64,000 bases of DNA from Phoronis australis (taxonomy: Eukaryota > Animalia > Phoronida). Location of the stretch: the NCBI GenBank assembly GCA_002633005.1, contig NMRA01000175.1, forward strand, positions 441,831-505,830, in the 5' to 3' direction. Shown here in pieces: positions 48,593 through 59,669 of this stretch. Position 1 is the stretch's first letter. The number at the start of each line of letters is the position of its first letter. The position numbers were made by a program, and so were the translations under genes. Under the pieces are notes generated by a model. The model was not told the origin of the DNA. It ran no database searches and worked only from the letters and a program-made list of their open reading frames with translations.

Positions 48593-49858
48593 ATGCCATC
48601 CGTCACCAATGCTACGAGTGGGTATATTTGGTCTAAAGATGGACTACCAGCATTAGTGCACGGTCGCTGGAAAGACGACTTTCCCGCCATAAATGAAAGC
48701 GCGACGACTACAATTCACCCCAAACTGCAAGACGCGCATGTTTTCTTGATTGTCGTCTGCCTAGTGTATGGCGGCTTGTCTTCTCTGTTATTGCTTTTGA
48801 TGATACTCAGGAAGAACAGGCACGACAGAAGCCAGGATGAGGAAATCGAAGATTACTTAAATACAATAAACAAAATAAAGGTTCAACGGGAAAAGTTGCG
48901 CAATTTAGAGACAGTGAAATCCATTAAAAGTTCTTTGAGTATCAATCAGCTTGGATCGGAGACCTGTTCACCATACACCCCTCGGACAAAAAGGAAAATT
49001 GGTGTGGCAAAATGTCACAGTTGGTTACAAAGGTCGCAGTCAGAACAGAGTGCTCGACAACGAAAATGCTTGGATATCCCCGAAATTGTTCTTACAGATG
49101 TGGAGGGAAAGGACAGTTTGATTTCGCATGGAAGGCGCTCAAAGACATGCCCTGGTTCCCTTTCAAAATATTATTCCAAATCGTCAAGTGGTGACAGTGC
49201 CGATACGGGAGACAGCGTATTGAAACCTTCAACGCAACGTGCGGGAAATAGAACATATAGAAGGCAGATGAGTTCCGACAGTCAACTTTCTCGCTCTCTC
49301 AGTGGCGAAAGCGACGGATCAGAGAAGAATTATTGTACGCTCGCGTCGCCAATGAATAAATCTAGATCATCGCTTGGGGATCAGAGCCCGATCGTTAGCA
49401 AACGGAAAAGGTTCTCACGGTCGGGAACCATCGATTTGCATTCTGAGATTATTAATTCTGAGATACCAAAAAGCCCAAATTTCCTCAGGGTAGGCCATGA
49501 GGTGCGAGGTAGCCCCTTCCGCTCTCAGTATGCTGCAGGCAGGATTCACCAAGACAAGCATTTTACAATTTTAGAAATTCCAGTTCAACCTTTGTCCCAG
49601 CAGCAAGAGTATTTAAACGACGAGAAATCGCCTGGAACACGTTCTAAATCAGTCGATCGACCATTTTTAACAAGACAGCAGAACGTTTGTGTAGAAATAA
49701 ATGCCGACATTACAGAATCGGCGAGTGTGACATCTATGGACAGACTGTCGTGCAGTCAGGGGTCCTTCACAGATAACGCAAGCTTCACGTGGAGTGAGAC
49801 TAGTTACAGCCCCAGCATAGATGTGGCCTTTATTGATGACGAGTGCGACGAGAGGTAA
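48593..49858 (+). CDS. Intronless single-pass (type III-like) membrane protein, 421 aa, with KCNE-like TM region and long Ser/Arg-rich tail
   Basis: 1266-nt uninterrupted non-repetitive ORF in AT-rich DNA. No signal peptide; N-terminal sequons NAT and NES; one hydrophobic segment (aa 50-72) followed by basic RKNR; AATAAA at 49864 and 51009. Confidence 0.85.
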   Translation: MPSVTNATSGYIWSKDGLPALVHGRWKDDFPAINESATTTIHPKLQDAHVFLIVVCLVYGGLSSLLLLLMILRKNRHDRSQDEEIEDYLNTINKIKVQREKLRNLETVKSIKSSLSINQLGSETCSPYTPRTKRKIGVAKCHSWLQRSQSEQSARQRKCLDIPEIVLTDVEGKDSLISHGRRSKTCPGSLSKYYSKSSSGDSADTGDSVLKPSTQRAGNRTYRRQMSSDSQLSRSLSGESDGSEKNYCTLASPMNKSRSSLGDQSPIVSKRKRFSRSGTIDLHSEIINSEIPKSPNFLRVGHEVRGSPFRSQYAAGRIHQDKHFTILEIPVQPLSQQQEYLNDEKSPGTRSKSVDRPFLTRQQNVCVEINADITESASVTSMDRLSCSQGSFTDNASFTWSETSYSPSIDVAFIDDECDER

Positions 49859-51653
49859 CGAGAAATAAAGAAAGCCGACGAGAGTGAAAGTGATAGGATG
49901 CAATAGTTGTAGCAACGCGGTAGCAATTATGTCTGTAGGAGGGTTGTTAATAGCAACAGCAGTTCCAGTCGCAGCGTCCATGTGGCAGCATCTGCAGTAA
50001 AAACACTGGTGGTAACGGCGGCGGCGGCGGCTGAAGCGGTGGTTTTGGTGGGGGTGCTAGGGGTGGTAGTGGCGATGGCTGAAATAGTGGAAATGAGTGT
50101 TATGTTAGATGTTTAACACTAAGTGTGGCAGTTACCAGCTGATTTTGCTCCTCTGGATTTTGGTTCTTTTGACCTATCTTCTGCGCTCGCATTGAGGCCC
50201 ATTTGCACCTGTGTGAGTAGGAGATGTGAAAGAGTAAAAGCGTGAGGAGCTATACTGAAAGTTGCGTTACCTGGTTTGGGAACAGTTGGCATATTTTTTC
50301 AACTCTGAGATTGAGGAATGAATTGAAAAATAACGGTTGACATGCACAAAAATATGCCGCTTAAAACCGGTTCTTGTGCAAAGGACACGGTCCACACCAG
50401 CCTGTACCTTAGTGAAGCTTAGGCGCGTGTGCATTGGAGCCCGTTTTGAAAAACGTAACTATCCTTTCAGATGGGTCTGAAGACGAGCATATCTAATGGC
50501 AGTTACCACGAACGCCAGTCTGAAGAAAATTTGCTCTGATACTATCCCGTCCATTGTCACGGAAGCAATCTTAATCGATATCTTGCAACCCGAACTATAT
50601 GATTATCGATTATTGGCTGACTGGTCATCGGACAGCCTAGCAAGTGCATTGATGTTAGTAGAATATAGACTATAGTTGATCTGCTGAAGTATTGTTTTGA
50701 ACTATGGGTGGGCTACAAAGTTTATAAATTTGGTTAACGGTATCAATATTTTTGTGAAACGTCTCATTATCTTTATTGTTTGGTTACCGCATTATTGTTA
50801 AAATTTTATCATCCTCATCGCTATTGTTACATGTCTTATAATTTCAAGTATCTTAACTTTTCTTTTTCAACCTTTGTCCCACCCATTGGTTTTTGACATG
50901 GCAAAGGTGCTACGTTTACTTATACTAGTATTAGATAGGTGCTCATTATATGGCGCTTTTTTATACTTTTGTAAATCTTCTGAAACATGTAGACGCCAAA
51001 TATTAGTGAATAAAATCAATGATGACATTGTGGCCTAGGTCTTACTTTGTTATAAGCATGACATTATAATTGCATATGTAAGGCACCTATATGTCGATGC
51101 TATGTGTGCACACATGATGTGACATCGATACGCGATATCGTACGGAACACCTCGGGTATTTTCGCAGCCGCGAATTTCCCTCCGGTATATGCGTGTGCAC
51201 TAACTTTAGTCACAAGACAGGTCATGTGAATTTCAAACTGGAATTGATTGGCCATATAACTGAGGTATACACTTGCGCACCCTTGATACAGCTCTCCATA
51301 ACGCTCGTACGCTTTAAGATTGGGGTTGTAGTTTTAGATCGAGGAGGTTGGGGACCGCGTTTCGTTCATGTGCATGCGTATTTTCTGTTCCAAAGTCTGG
51401 TTCCTGTAGAGTTAGATACCGGGTTCACGCCAGATGTATTCATTTTGTTTTATTGTGTATGGTTCACACGACCAAACGTCGGACGCAAGGGGTGAAGTTA
51501 TTTTTAAAACAAGCCAATCCGAGACCAGAGTGGCCGATTTTGGGTTCATGTACTGCTGCGACCGACGTCATGAGTGCACGAAAAAGTCATTTATTCAATG
51601 TTTTATTTCGATGATGGGTCATACATGCTCTGCTAAATGTAAAGCCACTACAT

Positions 51654-51729
51654 CACGGGCGGCGTACCATAGGGGCTGGGGGGGCTATAGCCGCCCCGCC
51701 CCACTTTTTTCAGTGCTGCGCCGCCCATG
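51654..51729. mobile_element. Short MITE, family A copy 3
   Basis: cacgggcggcgtacc...ttcagtgctgcgccgcccatg. Confidence 0.7.
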
Positions 51730-52799
51730 TATAAAGCCATCTTCCGTCACGAAAACTAACTTTTGGGTTAGACCACCTTTGAAAACTGACTCCCAAACTA
51801 GAGGCGAATTCTGAGGTTGAATAACGGTAGACAAATAGGCGAACGTTAAGCACGTCAAATTGCTTGCCAATTGCTGACAAAGATGTAAATTAATTTTTAC
51901 TTGAATTAATCATTTGGGGCTCAAGTTAACTTTTAGTAGCATGAATTAATTATCTACGGTGTAAATTAAAATTATTTGTTACGCAAATTATTTTTAAACC
52001 GTCTACATTGGCTATTTAAGCCGTTAAGCGTCAATTTGCGCCACAATCAGTTTGTGCCGTTGACAACTAAAAGCAAATAAAAATGATTAATTTAGGTAAG
52101 CAATTTAGGTGCGTAACGTCCTCCCATATACGAGGTGATGTAGATATAGACCAATTAAGACGGTAAAAAAGACTAATTAAATCGGTGGCATTCTCCTTTA
52201 AACATATTTCCCGCGGAGTGGTCATTTTAGAGTAGGGGTTTGTAACTGTGCTTTCAAATCAAGGGCGATATTTAGAACTGGCCAAAATGGAAAAAATGAG
52301 GCCCCTGTTTATATCATACATGTATGTCTAGAATTTGGAAACGAAGTTGAAGACATGACTCATATTTATATTTCATCTGGCTAAAGTCTAACCTAAATCA
52401 TGCCCTTTAGCTCCTAGGGAATCAAATATGGCCCAAGTGTTTCAAGTGCTTGGAGCCAAACTGCTATTGGTATCGTTTGCCGAGATCCTTGGGAAAGATC
52501 AAGTTAGATTGTTTGTCTTTGAGAGGGTCATGTGCTATACTTGCAGACTTTAAAAAAATCATACCGTAATTATCAATAACGTGCAGAATATAATGATACC
52601 GAAACTCATGCTAGGCTAAAACGGTCCCATTTTCCATACCAATAATGTGAATTGACATCCCATGGAAATTTTTTATCAAAGTGGTGAAAATGCGACCTAA
52701 CTACTTTCAAAATGGCTCCCAACGACACGTCATCACTGTCCCCGTTACACTGACCCCCCTCCGGCCTCTCCTCTTGAGCAAATACGCTTGTCGAAGAAA

Positions 52800-53207
52800 C
52801 CAGGACCCGGTCTCTAATCTTTGCACTCGAAACGAACTCAAAACTATTTCTGGCAATTTCTCTGCTCCTTTTGTGCGAACTTAAGATAATTGATTATCAG
52901 ACTGTGCTCGAATACATTATAGTTTATGCATAGGAGTTTCTAGTTCAAGTTTGCCCTTAAAAACCCTTATATTCGTGCTACAAACTCGAGTAAAAACTCG
53001 AAATTTCGAGTTCAAACTCGAACTTATTGCTTTAATATTGGGTTTACAAACTGTGAACTAAGGGTAATAAATTATCTATGTAAGTTATTGTATACTAGAG
53101 CATAGAGTAATAGACACTTATCTTGATTTTGCCCAAAAGTAGAGTAGAAAATGCCAGCCCTAATTTCGAGTTCCATTTCGAGTAAAAAGACTGGAGACCG
53201 GGCCCTG
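52800..53207 (+). mobile_element. MITE family C copy with ~33-bp imperfect TIRs
   Basis: ccaggacccggtctctaatctttgcactcgaaa ... tttcgagtaaaaagactggagaccgggccctgg; it interrupts a repeat (52625-53360) whose uninterrupted twin lies at about 54285-54610. Confidence 0.7.
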
Positions 53208-54959
53208 GTGTTTTTAACGTCGGGACATGTTTTATAGCGGTTTCGATCATGGTCACTCGCTACAACATTTGTCAGTTTTCAAGCGTTCACATGTACTCTA
53301 TTGACAAAATGACACAGTCGGCGACAATGAAGGACACTGGAGAGGCGACATCTTTAAAAAGTAATGTTAGGTCTACGCATGCACTCGTCTCCCATCACCG
53401 TGACAAAAAATAATTTGTTTCAGACGATTTACCTCCAATAATTGGTCTCAGTGTGTTCCTTATTCAAATGAGTAATGACTTCTGAGTTTGCAGAGAACTG
53501 GCAGTTCGAAATTTTTCAAAAAACCATGTTCGGGGCATAATAAAATGACACGCCGTGACAAACCACATTGTGGCGCCTCGTCTCAAGAAATAACGAACTG
53601 TCAGTCCTGATGATGTCCTGAAACCATCTCTAGTTTAATTAAGGAATAATTTGAGACCAGTGTCAAAATCAAAATTTGTTTTTGTAACGGTGATAGAAGG
53701 TGGGTTTATGGTCGAAATAACTTTGACTGATACCATTGTGAGGAAGTGACGATTTGTTATACAGCAAAAATACAGAAAAGTTTGTTGTTTTGTGTGTCTG
53801 GAATTAGCTAGATAACTCCAAGAAGTCAATCCTAACCAAAACAGTAACTCCTTCGGTCTCGGTCGATACGCGAAATGTCTCGTGGGATATTACGTCATGT
53901 ACGACAATCGAGGTACGTTTTGTGTATGTATTAGTAGGTCGAACAACAGTCACATAGTTCAACAAGTCTAGGTTTTTATTACACTTGGCATTCGCCATCT
54001 AGAATTAAATCTGGAGTATTTTAAGAGTCTGAAATTATGCCTCGAAGGTGCTTTCTATCTGTGCATGTGCGTACTTGACTTACGTTAAACGGATTTGGTC
54101 AAAAGACGGATAAAATCGTGATATTTTTAGTACAATAACTTTACTAGTAATAAAAACGTCTCATTATATTTATTAATATCCCTACCATTTCTATTGTTAT
54201 TGTTACAATGTTATCATTCATACAGCTATTATTGTTACATTTTATTATAATATCGTTCATGCCAAGCTAAGATAATGTTTTCCCGTCCCATTTTCGTAAC
54301 GCTAATGTGAATTGACAGCCTAAACTTTTCTCAAAATGGTGGAAATGCGACCCAAAAGTATACCACTTTGAAAATCGCACCCAGTGACACGTCACCATTA
54401 TCCCCATTACATTTACTACCCTTACCCTGAGCAAATACACGGTTTGTAACGGTCTTGACGCTAAACAAGCCACCGTGTGCGCAACATTGTGTTTCGCTCA
54501 CGATCACTCGCTACAGTATTTGTCAATTCCCATGCGTTTACATATACTTTACTGACTCAAGGTCACATAATTGACGACAATGAAGAACACTGGAGACACG
54601 AGATTTTCAAAAACACCTCTGGAGTATCTTCGATGCTTCAAATTATGCCTCGAAGGTTTATTATGTACTTCAATTACAGCCCACGGATTTGGCTACAAGA
54701 CGGATAAAGTCATGGCTGCAGCCTATTAGGTCTCAAAGGAAGTACGACGGACATTCTCAGTCTTAAGTCTGATTTGTGATTCTCAAACAATTATTTAAAT
54801 GTCTAAGTGAAGAATGATTGGCCATAGAACTGAAGTTCGCAAATTCGCAGATAACGTTTACCTCTGAGGTCAAATTTGAGGAAAATACCCGAAATGTTCC
54901 GGATGCCCTCGGAGGTTCTTAATATCTACGCAAAGTCATGCGACTCAAAATGGTGAGTA

Positions 54960-55119
54960 AGGCTGCCTCCCGTTCAGTAACGCTAGGACCTCGCTAAAAG
55001 GCAAGACTTCGCGAGATTACGTGAGATATTGCCGTGCATTTTGAATGAGAACACGTGACTTTGACTAGCTTTTAGCTAGGTCCTAGCGTTGGTCCTAGCG
55101 TCTACTGAACGCAAGCCTG
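54960..55119. mobile_element. Short MITE
   Basis: IR cgttcagtaacgctaggacc / ggtcctagcgtctactgaacg. Confidence 0.55.
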
Positions 55120-55211
55120 AATGCCCCAGCTACTGTAGGCTTACACGTGATTATCAGTAAATAAGGCAGACAATGGATTAAAAATGACGTCACACATATC
55201 TTTTGAGACCT

Positions 55212-55610
55212 GTGGCCGGTTGCATGAAACAGTCCCAAATAGGGACTCAAGTAAGGTCCCTAAGTCTTTTTGCGCATTTGTGTCTTGATGGACTCACAGA
55301 TTAAATATGTTTCTATCATTTCATCTTTATTATGAGCTCCCCTTTTTAATAATATAACCCAGAGTTCATCGAAAATAATTAGGGACTCAGTCCTTAAATT
55401 GTGGTTGTTGCATGAAAAGTTCTATAATCATTTTCGATAATATTGACAATTCAACGTATAGTATCAAAGTCAAAAGTTGCGGACTTAGTAATGAAACTAA
55501 AACAATACAATAAAGGGCAATCGATGTTTTCAGAAGTCCAAAAATATGCCTTAGGTTTTAGGGAACTTAGTTGAGTACCTAATTAGGGACTGTTCCATGT
55601 AACCGGGCAC
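55212..55610. mobile_element. MITE with ~52-bp imperfect TIRs (PIF/Harbinger-like ends); a second ~95-bp MITE abuts it at 55612-55707
   Basis: gtggccggttgcatgaaacagtccc... / ...gggactgttccatgtaaccgggcac. Confidence 0.7.
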
Positions 55611-55957
55611 TTGGGGCCCGTTCCAAGAAACTGACTTTTAAAAGTTCATTTTTTACTTAAGTTTAAGATTTGTCTTAGCTAAGACAGTTTTCTTGGAAAG
55701 GACCCCTGTTGACTTCTAACCAACTGTGGCCCAAATTCCATTGTATAACATCATCGGGATATAAGTTGAGGATACGAAAATACTAGATTTGGCAGTAGAA
55801 CCTCCAGTCGACGAAATGTGCTGGACACGCAGCATGCTTACGAGTTCTCAGTATCTTTGAAGGTCATGGTCATTCGCAACGCAACAATAAAGCAGACGGC
55901 AAAGAGACAATTGTCAAAATGACAGCTATCATTTCGGGACTGTCCTTTGTCTCATCA

Positions 55958-56117
55958 CAGTGCCGGATTTAAAGGGGGCCAAGGGGGCCATGCCCTCCCT
56001 AAAATTCTCCTATATTCCATTTGGCAGTTCGGGGGTGCAAATGTCTGAGGGGCAAAATCCTGGCTAATACTTTGCCCTGCCCCTCCTCCCCAACTCAAAA
56101 TCCTGGATCCGCTCCTG
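55958..56117 (+). mobile_element. MITE family B copy
   Basis: cagtgccggattt...cctggatccgctcctg, flanked by catca on both sides (55953-55957 and 56118-56122). Confidence 0.8.
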
Positions 56118-56769
56118 CATCACCAGGTAAAAATCAAATGACACAGGGTTACAAGAATGTGGCGAAGAGTCATGACCCACTCAGATGCAAGCAAATAGCA
56201 ATAAAACGCACATAATTATACTAGTAAAACAGAGCCAGTGTGCGGAGCACCTCCGTAACTAACTCTTCACTCAAATTCTCATGATGATATCAATCTCGAT
56301 TCATTCAAACGACAAAGAAATGCCCCCTCAAGATACGCCGATTTTTGTGTAAGACTTCCACCGCTCAACCCATTACTACATTACTACCAATACCACTCAC
56401 TAAAGCCAAGAGCCCCCCCCGCAACTTTCTTCCAGAACTTATTGTTATATTATTGCACAAAACATATTGAAAAGATATGATATTTACTCACTCCATTCAC
56501 GCTTCTCCTCAGCCACAAAAAGTCACCTGTTACGAAACTATTCAGAAATTTAAAATACTTAATATCAAACTGCAGCATCTGTGCATCTCAGCATCGCTAA
56601 AGTTTTAAAATTTTAAAAGCTTTAGAGATGCGTCTTACCCATCACCGCTGATTTTTGTTTCCTTGCGCTATGTAATAAATTTCAATCGTTTAGTTATGCC
56701 TGCCTAGCCATTTTTCATTCTGTATTTTCGGTTCTTTTTTCTTTGTAATGTGGTTTTTCTTATAGTATA

Positions 56770-57603
56770 TTATACCACAGTATTAGCCTCGAATGGCCAA
56801 TACAACCGTTAAATAACCCATTTAGTTATTTAACGGCGTTAAATAACATTTTGGCGGGAAACCGAGGCCGGTTTCGAACTCGGTCCGCAAGAGTTTCGGG
56901 CCGTCGACTTTACCACTGCACCCCTCAGCGGCTGACGTCCCCCGCACGTGAAAATAGAATACTTAAATGAGCACGCGCAACAATCGCATGTTCAGCAAAC
57001 GGCATTGTACTGACATTTATACGCTATGAAAAATAAGACGCAAAATTTCAATAAAAACGACATCTTTAATTCAGTGAAATTTATCTGTCATTTGGTCTCA
57101 CTTGTAAATCATCGATCTCCAGTTTGAATGCGAGTAACCTGTGGTCGAGATGCTTTGACTTGGACATTAAACTGCGTAACCAGTGGTAACTTACTTTAGC
57201 AGACGATATTTTCACGGTGGAAGCTTAGCGTGATAAAATGTGTAGTAAGCTAGAGTAGTTGCATAAAATAAAAACTATTTTACAGATTCACTTTAGTTCT
57301 ACTTTGTTTCAATTTTTATTTGGTTCTAAGTAAAAACATTATTTTAACAAGAAAACTGCGTTTCTTGAAAGGTCACGACCTCCAACTTCAGGCCTGTGAC
57401 ATAGAAAGTAGTTTCAAAAGCTGAGGCGAGTCGAGAAAGGTAGATCGATTCATTGCAATATTTCTCGTTCAGTATGTGGTATAAATAGATTATTAAATGT
57501 TCTCAGTCGTTATCCCCCTTATCTAGAGCCCGAGTGGCGTTAGCCCCGAGGGCGATAATTCTCCAAAATCCACTCGGGCTCTAGAGTACGGGGGATAGCG
57601 ACT
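56770..57603. mobile_element. Interspersed element with internal IR and a terminal long hairpin
   Basis: ttataccaca (56770-56779) / tgtggtataa (57475-57484), then a hairpin at 57505-57603 with the perfect 16-bp stem tctagagcccgagtgg/ccactcgggctctaga. Confidence 0.5.
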
Positions 57604-57687
57604 TCGCCATTCATACATAACGTATTGATTCATTCATCTTTTTCCCTCTGTTGTGCCAACCATACCATCGACTACTACAAGACCCAC

Positions 57688-57699
57688 TCTATCTATCTA

Positions 57700-57734
<35 letters not shown>

Positions 57735-57743
57735 GACTGTCTG

Positions 57744-57781
<38 letters not shown>

Positions 57782-57927
57782 GATCTGTCTGTCTATCTAT
57801 CTGTCTGTCTATCTGTCAGTCTGTCTGTCTGTCTGTCTATCTGTCTGTCTGTCTATCTATCTGTCTGTCTATCTGTCTATCTATCTGTCTATCTATCTAT
57901 CTATCTATCTATCGATCTGTCTGTCTA

Positions 57928-57981
<54 letters not shown>
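57688..57981. repeat. Compound (TCTA)n/(TCTG)n microsatellite (GATA/GACA type)
   Basis: About 290 bp of interleaved tcta and tctg units. Confidence 0.97.
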
Positions 57982-59359
57982 ACCCAACACAGGCTTTTCT
58001 CAAGTATATGTTCCACAAACCGAATCATTAAGTTGTCAACGATCTCGTGCTTAGTAAATGTATTGAAACATGACACCTGGCTGATAGCAGTGCCACGTGT
58101 CCTGTCAACACCCTGGCATCAGGGACATTTCGAGCCAAACATAGTAACAGATGAAAAACTACTGAAGTTTTAAGTTCGTCATGTTTTGGGGTGTAATTGC
58201 ACAAACTGGTTGATCAAAAGCTTGATTACATCAAGTCAACGATTTTGACTTCTCTTTCAATACTATCTAACTGTTCAAACCTGTGTTGAGTGCAGCATAG
58301 ACAATAGTTATTGAATATCTTGGGGGAAATCCTATTTCACACAATGCCGTCGAACGTTTTAATATTGGGACGGTCACAAAAAGCAAGTCGTGAAATAAAG
58401 TTCCCCTTGTTCACTACAGCTATATTGCGGTCTGACTGGAGCTTGTGGGTGTTGTTTGCGGCTTAAAGGAACATTAGTCGCGAGAAAAGTCTTTTCTGAA
58501 ATCAACCACAGCGCGGAATCGAACCTGGATCCCCCGGGCACGGTTGCAGCCACACGCTCTGTCCTTTCGCAGCTAAATCCCATTCGGTAACCAGTAAAGT
58601 GTGAAAGTTACCGGTCTTGATTTCAGCGAAAGTCTGGCGGACAACATTGAAAATTAATTTGAGTAATAAAATCAAAAAACAATAACGGAGTTTGTTCTTT
58701 AACAGCTCTGATCAAAGCAAAAGCTCCAAGAACTCAATGCCACCCACAAATAACCACAACAATACGTTTTTCGGAAATCAAACCGAATGTCCCTCTAATC
58801 ATGCGCTCATTCTCCTTTCACTAGTCATTTTGGGTGCGACGAAACAGCGGTCAATGTAACTTTAAATCAAGTCTATAAGCCCCTCGCTCAATACTTGTGA
58901 TGCAATGTTGGTATTCGCTTGATTGTGGGTTATTAGATTCAAGGAGAACGAACGAAAACTCCTAATGTGCTTTAACTCATGTAATATTATGACCAACAAA
59001 CAATAAAAAGAAGAAAGAGAGTTTTTAACAGCGCCAACCCCTTCTTGCCAGGAAACCATCGCCCTGCCACGACGAGTTCCTTGAAATACAACAGCGAATT
59101 ACAAGTCACAAATAATGTAATTACGGTAGATTTAACAACTTTGGAATCCAATTAACACCGAAATCACTGGTAGGTGATTACAGTTTGACACGCGTTGAGG
59201 AATTAATTAAGAGATAATTGTTCCCTGTTACACGTTCATTACACAACAGCACTATGGAAACACCTCGACATCATGATTTTCAGTGCAACAGCGCCATCTG
59301 CAGGTCATTAGTTGTCGATGGGTGTCTTAGCTCCCAGAAATCGTTTTCTTGTTTCAGTC

Positions 59360-59669
59360 ATGAGACGCAGCGTTCCCGCTGTAATCACCGTGATTTTTGT
59401 TTTATTTATTTTTAATAAAAGTGTTCTGGCGAGGCGGTTCAGGCTTGGAGTATTGATTCCCACTACGGGCCCGTGGCCCATAGGAAAGACTTCCGCTAGC
59501 GCGGCACTCATAGCAGTGGATAAAATCAACATCGACCCAAGCTTTACCATGCTACGACGGGACAACCACACAGTCGACTTCGTCTGGCGGGATACAAAGT
59601 GTGACGCTAGCACTGGATTAAAGCACCTCGTCGACATTTGGTTAAAAAGAGGCGCTGACGCCCTTATTG
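59360..59669 (+). CDS. NPR/GC-like exon 1 (signal peptide and start of ligand-binding domain)
   Basis: Acceptor gtttcag ends 59357, ATG at 59360, donor gtcagt at 59670. Confidence 0.88.

Noticed and set aside
49667-49981. Hydrophobic antisense ORF (104 aa)
   Set aside because: It overlaps the end of the 421-aa ORF and a degenerate trinucleotide 3' tract, with no independent support.
57625-58173. Long SVCL/SIYL-repeat ORFs
   Set aside because: Translation of the TCTA/TCTG microsatellite.
59312-59359. Upstream start for the receptor ORF as given in the ORF track
   Set aside because: This segment ends in a polypyrimidine/AG acceptor (59357); the ATG at 59360 gives a proper signal peptide.
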